Origin: a bacterium
Lineage (GTDB): Bacteria > UBA6262 > WVXT01
Reading direction: 5' to 3'
Assembly (NCBI GenBank): GCA_046759165.1
Contig: JBHIBS010000004.1
Location: forward strand, 1 to 58,929
Length of the DNA: 58,929 nucleotides
The translations under genes and the position numbers were made by a program. Below, piece after piece: positions 54,954 through 58,929 of this stretch (the first letter of the stretch is position 1; each line of letters begins with the position of its first letter). The notes below the pieces were generated by a model. It did no database searches and was not told where the DNA came from. It was given only the letters and a program-made list of their open reading frames with translations.

Positions 54954-54965
54954 TGGGGAGGGCGA

Positions 54966-56354
54966 ATGGAAGAGCAATTAGTAGAAGATTTCATAACTTA
55001 TCTTTCTAATGCCACCCGGAATAAGGTTATATATCCTTCGGGGCATCCGATAATAAAGCGTTCTTTGATGAGGACTTTCGAGATTTTAGAGAGTTTGCTA
55101 GAAGAGAGGGATGAGATAAACATAGCGGTTATGGGAGATGAATTGATATTTGAGGGGATGTCTCTCCACGAATTTAGTGCAGTTCTTTATGGTTTTATAA
55201 GGAATTTACGGCAGAGAGAAATAGAGAAGATTACGTTTCTCAAGGGGTTGAAAAATAAGGATTTCTTAGGGCTTATTGATGTTTTGAGTATTGCACAGGA
55301 GAAGCTCAAAAGTAGTGGTGGGGCAATTAAAGTGTTAACCTCTAAGGGTGTTAAGAATATAACCTTGGGAAAGCTTGGAGCTCCTAAAGAGGCTCACCCG
55401 GAACCGGGGCGTGGTGAGGAGTTTGAAGCTAAGGCTAAGGAATCTTACAGGGACGCAGTTGAGGCAATAAAAAGGCTAGTTGACGATATCAAATTCAAAA
55501 GGAGACTAAATATAGAAAAGGCTCGGTCTGCCATAAATAGTATGGTGGCCAGTATTCAGAGGAATAGAACGCCACTGGTTACCCTGGCTTCTCTTAAGGC
55601 TCACGATGAATATACCTTTAGCCACGCAGTAGATGTTGCTGTCCTGACTCTTGTGCAGGGTGAAGCATTTGGTCTGGACAGGCAGACGTTGAATGACCTG
55701 GGAATAGCTGCCCTACTACATGATGTGGGGAAGCTCAAGGTTCCAGAGGAGATTCTTAAGAAACCTGGCAAGTTGACTTCTGAGGAGTTTGAATTGATAA
55801 AGTTGCATCCTGCCAATGGGGCAAAAATATTGATGAACACCCCAGGTATAAGTAAACTGGCATATGTGGTTACGTTCGAGCATCACATAAGATATGATCT
55901 TGGTGGCTATCCTGTCGTCTCTCGAGAGAAAAGAGGGTTGAATTTAGGTAGTATGCTGATTCGTATAGCCGATACATATGATGCTATGAGGAGTAACCGC
56001 TACTATGCCAAGGAGGTTCCACCTGAAAAGACTATAAAAGAGATGGAAGAAGCCTCAGGAAAAGAATTTGAACCCGGCCTTTTAAGGAGGTTTATTAGAC
56101 TCATTGGCGTCTATCCTCCTGGTACTTTTGTTAGACTGGACACAAATGAGATTGGTTATGTTTTCCAGACAAATCCATCCGACGCTTATCGCCCCCGGGT
56201 GAAGATAGTTATTGATAGTAATGGTTCTAAAATAGAGAATCTGCAGGAAATAAACCTTGAGGAAAAGGCTCCTGAGACAGGCAATTTCAGGCGTTCGATT
56301 AAGGAGTCGGTAGACCCTGAACAACTTGGGCTTGTACCTGACGAATATCTGTAA
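54966..56354 (+). CDS. HD-GYP cyclic dinucleotide phosphodiesterase with N-terminal YPxxHP domain
   Basis: HDEYTFSHA, LLHDVGK, EHHIRYDLGGYP, IADTYDAM, GVYPPG. Confidence 0.9.
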   Translation: MEEQLVEDFITYLSNATRNKVIYPSGHPIIKRSLMRTFEILESLLEERDEINIAVMGDELIFEGMSLHEFSAVLYGFIRNLRQREIEKITFLKGLKNKDFLGLIDVLSIAQEKLKSSGGAIKVLTSKGVKNITLGKLGAPKEAHPEPGRGEEFEAKAKESYRDAVEAIKRLVDDIKFKRRLNIEKARSAINSMVASIQRNRTPLVTLASLKAHDEYTFSHAVDVAVLTLVQGEAFGLDRQTLNDLGIAALLHDVGKLKVPEEILKKPGKLTSEEFELIKLHPANGAKILMNTPGISKLAYVVTFEHHIRYDLGGYPVVSREKRGLNLGSMLIRIADTYDAMRSNRYYAKEVPPEKTIKEMEEASGKEFEPGLLRRFIRLIGVYPPGTFVRLDTNEIGYVFQTNPSDAYRPRVKIVIDSNGSKIENLQEINLEEKAPETGNFRRSIKESVDPEQLGLVPDEYL

Positions 56355-56375
56355 TTCCAAGAGACGTTAACAGCT

Positions 56376-56429
56376 GGAGTCCTCCCGAAAGGGAGGCGAG
56401 AATTGTAGGTCTCGATTTTCAATTGGGAC
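56376..56429 (+). repeat. GGAG-tagged hairpin (56376-96) and GTAG-tagged palindrome (56405-29)
   Basis: GGAGTCCTCCCGAAAGGGAGG matches 16520-40 and 57357-77(-); GTAG-GTCTCGATTTTCAATTGGGAC. Confidence 0.65.
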
Positions 56430-56525
56430 ACTAGGGTTGCCCTCGATTTTAAGCGGGGGTTTTTTAATATTCTTTAGAGCCGTCCGTATCAGGAATCGTT
56501 TAGGATTATTTGCTCCGAAAAATAG

Positions 56526-56643
56526 TGTAAAATTTAATGGGGGAATTAGAATGAGGAATTGTTTGGAGTGTCAAACTTTCGCTTTACACTCCAAAATCTA
56601 TTAATCTGGGCTTTGGAAAAAAGCCCCCCAAAGTTCTTGACAC
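56526..56643 (+). repeat. dispersed repeat B (copy 2)
   Basis: Colinear blocks shared with 47749-47897. Confidence 0.7.
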
Positions 56644-56663
56644 AAATGTTGCGAAAAAAAGAC

Positions 56664-56704
56664 TTGACATATAGAAATGAGATGACTATAATACTAATAT
56701 CGTC
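56664..56704 (+). promoter_or_regulatory. consensus sigma70 promoter of tetR with possible overlapping operator
   Basis: TTGACA-17 nt-TATAAT (56664-92); TGAC...GTCA dyad spanning the -10. Confidence 0.7.
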
Positions 56705-56733
56705 AAATAGTTTTATAACTATGGGGAAGATTT

Positions 56734-57312
56734 ATGATAAAAGATGAGAAGCATAATGTGATTCTGACAGCTGCGCGTAAATTATTCGGTAGATATGGGT
56801 TACGTAAGACAACAGTTGATGAAATTGCCAGAGAAGCTCGTGTTGGTAAAGGAACTATATATAATTATTATACAAGCAAAGAAGAAGTTTTTCAGGCAGT
56901 TGTAGAGGAAGAGGCTCAGATATTTAAGAATGAAATAAAGAAAGCCGTTGACTCACAAGCTACTCCGGAAAAGAAAATACGCGCTTATGTTATAACAAGA
57001 ATGCAAATCATTAATCAATTAGCAAACTTCTATAGTAGTTTTAAAGATGAATACCTTGAGTATTATGGTTTTATAGAAAAAATTCGAAAAAAATATACAA
57101 ATTATGAAATTTCTACTATAAAGGACATACTGAAAGAAGGAATAAACAAAAAGGTATTTTCAATTAAAGATTTGGATTTGACAACATTTGCTGTGGTAAT
57201 TGCTATGAAGGGATTGGAATATTACTGGGCTATTGAGCAAGGCCCTTTAGAGACAGAGAAAAAAATTGATACACTGTTAAAGATCTTTTTCAATGGAATC
57301 TTAAGAAGGTAA
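56734..57312 (+). CDS. TetR/AcrR-family transcriptional regulator
   Basis: ILTAARKLF...TTVDEIAREARVGKGTIYNYYTSKEE. Confidence 0.95.
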   Translation: MIKDEKHNVILTAARKLFGRYGLRKTTVDEIAREARVGKGTIYNYYTSKEEVFQAVVEEEAQIFKNEIKKAVDSQATPEKKIRAYVITRMQIINQLANFYSSFKDEYLEYYGFIEKIRKKYTNYEISTIKDILKEGINKKVFSIKDLDLTTFAVVIAMKGLEYYWAIEQGPLETEKKIDTLLKIFFNGILRR

Positions 57313-57322
57313 CCCCTACGCT

Positions 57323-57377
57323 GGGTTCTCTGCGAAAGCAGGGTTTCCATTTATCACCTCCTTTTCGGGAGGACTCC
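57323..57377. repeat. GGAG-tagged hairpin doublet
   Basis: GGGTTCTCTGCGAAAGCAGGG (+) and GGAGTCCTCCCGAAAAGGAGG (-). Confidence 0.6.
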
Positions 57378-57457
57378 GGAAGCGTAGATTAATGGTGGTG
57401 AATGTGTTCAGGGAAATAAATATATTGAGGAACGGGAAAGTAGGGAATAGTTTAAAG

Positions 57458-58771
57458 ATGAATGCCATTAGATTATGTTGGAAGTTGGGCATGGTGGCTT
57501 TTGCCTTGCAGGTGGTAATTGGAGCCGCTTTTGCTCAGGAGATTTTGACCTTGGAGAGGTGTATAAATTTGGCTTTAGCTGACAACCAGGGCTTGAAAAT
57601 TGCACGAGAGAGGATTCTCGAATCCGAGGGGAGGAAGCAGGAGGCATTCGGTAATTTCTTGCCAAGGTTGAGTGCTTCGGGTACTTATACCAGATTGGAA
57701 GAGTCGCCCAGAATGTATGTCTCTTTTGGTGGCTCTGAGCAGACCTTTGAATTGGGGCCTGAGCATTTATATAGTACACAGCTGACTTTCAGGCAACCTC
57801 TATTTGCCTGGGGGAAGATATACTACGGGGATAGGCAGGCGAGGCTCAATTATAGATTGGTTGATGAAGAATATAAAGAAGTAAAAAATGGTCTCATATT
57901 CAAGGTGAAAAGAGCCTTTTATAATGTCTTGCTCGCCAGACAGTTTGGAATAATTGCCAAAGAAGCAGTGGATGTAGCAGATTCTCATTACAGGACTACC
58001 CGGGCCCTCTATAAAGAAGGGAGGGTTTCAGATTACGATGTCTCCCGGGCAAAGGTACAGTTGGTTAATAACCAGACAAAATTGATTAAGGCTGAAAATA
58101 ATCTGAAGTTGGCAAGAGAAGAGTTGTCTTTTTTGCTTAATGCGAAATTGGAAGAAGATTGGGAGGTAAGAGGAGAATTCTCATTTGAGAAGAGGGAGGT
58201 CGATCTGGAAGATGTTCTTGGTAAAGCGCTTTCCGAGAGGCCTGAAATAAAACAATTAATGTTTCAGGAAGAGATGGGTAAAATTTCTATTAAGTTGGCG
58301 AGAGTTGAGAACCGACCGAATTTAGATTTCCTGGTTAACTATCAGTATACCAATCCGTTCTATAATCGAGAGGAATGGGGTGGAATCTGGAATGCAATCC
58401 TTTCTTTAAATTTTCCTATGTTTAGTGGGCTTTCCGATTTGGGAAGAGTTAAACAGGCGAAGGCCGGATTGGAACAGGTGAAAATCTTGAGGAGTCAGGT
58501 TGAGGAGAGGATAAAGTTGGAAGTGAAGAAGGCTATTTTTGATATGGAAGAGGCTCAGGAGCGGATTGAAGCGCAGAAGGAAAACGTGGGGCTGGCCGGG
58601 GCAAATCTGAGAATTGCTGAGGAGCGACACAGGCAGGGGTTGATGTCTGAGATTGAACTGCGCGATGCCCAGCTTTCTCTGACTCAGGCAGAGACCGATT
58701 ATTTTGAGGCACTGTACGATTATAATGTTGCTGCTGCTTTTCTGGATAGAGCTATTGGTAAATATCAGTGA
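57458..58771 (+). CDS. TolC-family outer-membrane efflux protein
   Basis: Signal peptide ending AFA-QE, LTLERCINLAL, FLPRLS, two OEP repeats. Confidence 0.92.
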   Translation: MNAIRLCWKLGMVAFALQVVIGAAFAQEILTLERCINLALADNQGLKIARERILESEGRKQEAFGNFLPRLSASGTYTRLEESPRMYVSFGGSEQTFELGPEHLYSTQLTFRQPLFAWGKIYYGDRQARLNYRLVDEEYKEVKNGLIFKVKRAFYNVLLARQFGIIAKEAVDVADSHYRTTRALYKEGRVSDYDVSRAKVQLVNNQTKLIKAENNLKLAREELSFLLNAKLEEDWEVRGEFSFEKREVDLEDVLGKALSERPEIKQLMFQEEMGKISIKLARVENRPNLDFLVNYQYTNPFYNREEWGGIWNAILSLNFPMFSGLSDLGRVKQAKAGLEQVKILRSQVEERIKLEVKKAIFDMEEAQERIEAQKENVGLAGANLRIAEERHRQGLMSEIELRDAQLSLTQAETDYFEALYDYNVAAAFLDRAIGKYQ

Positions 58772-58782
58772 GTAGGTTCCTT

Positions 58783-58929
58783 AAAGGAGGGTCGCTGTTC
58801 CGACGAATAAGGAGGAACGGGCCAGCGACGCCTGCGAGTCGGTGAGCAGGCAGGTCACCGAGTGAAGCGAAGCGAAAGGAGGGTCGCTGTTCCGACGAAT
58901 AAGGAGGAACGGGCCAGCGACGCCTGCGA
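58783..58929. repeat. direct repeat, 92-bp period, truncated by the window end
   Basis: 58783-58837 and 58875-58929 are identical 55-mers separated by 37 bp. Confidence 0.9.

Noticed and set aside
56559-56747. 62-aa ORF upstream of tetR, and other short antisense or overlapping ORFs in the track
   Set aside because: They overlap repeats, promoters or well-supported genes on another frame and lack recognisable motifs or RBS.
58783-58929. Possible CRISPR array (55-bp repeat, 37-bp spacer)
   Set aside because: Only two copies, the repeat is longer than typical, the spacer is itself palindromic, and there are no cas genes or leader.

Overview
A 58.9-kb chromosomal segment from an anaerobic, probably diderm bacterium (TolC and PorV-like outer-membrane proteins; phylum not determinable here). 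Almost all genes are on the + strand. In order: (1) an arsenic-resistance cluster (small ORF, ArsP-type permease, ArsM, ArsD-like, FmdB zinc ribbon, ArsC fused to a GDCCVxC-like domain); (2) a ferredoxin/aldehyde:ferredoxin oxidoreductase/MoaD/DapA-like aldolase/corrinoid protein/UroD-family methyltransferase cluster; (3) argF, an HDAC-family deacetylase, a decayed CRP/FNR gene and a PorV-like gene; (4) an rnfCDG-moeA-rnfEAB operon with a double-FMN-domain RnfG, followed by cutA, a radical SAM gene, apbE, NusG-II, Gx and maf; (5) housekeeping genes (SurA-like, AEC transporter, bactofilin/M23, valS-rph-rdgB-tRNA-Pro); (6) a GT4/GT-like/GH130 cassette and an IS481/ISNCY-type IS; (7) a MoxR-DUF58-Bat operon; (8) DUF302, mscS, tRNA-Arg, tRNA-His and a RAYT-like HUH transposase; (9) PTS-IIA/cation:proton antiporter/PII-like, HEAT + HD-GYP, TetR and TolC. 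The most striking non-coding signal is a dense set of intergenic repeats. These include non-palindromic GGGGTCAG inverted ends that bracket the RAYT gene and recur as solo copies, GTAG- and GGAG-tagged palindromes, a MITE family with terminal inverted repeats, and RPE-like elements. All calls come from reading motifs by eye; no database searches were run.
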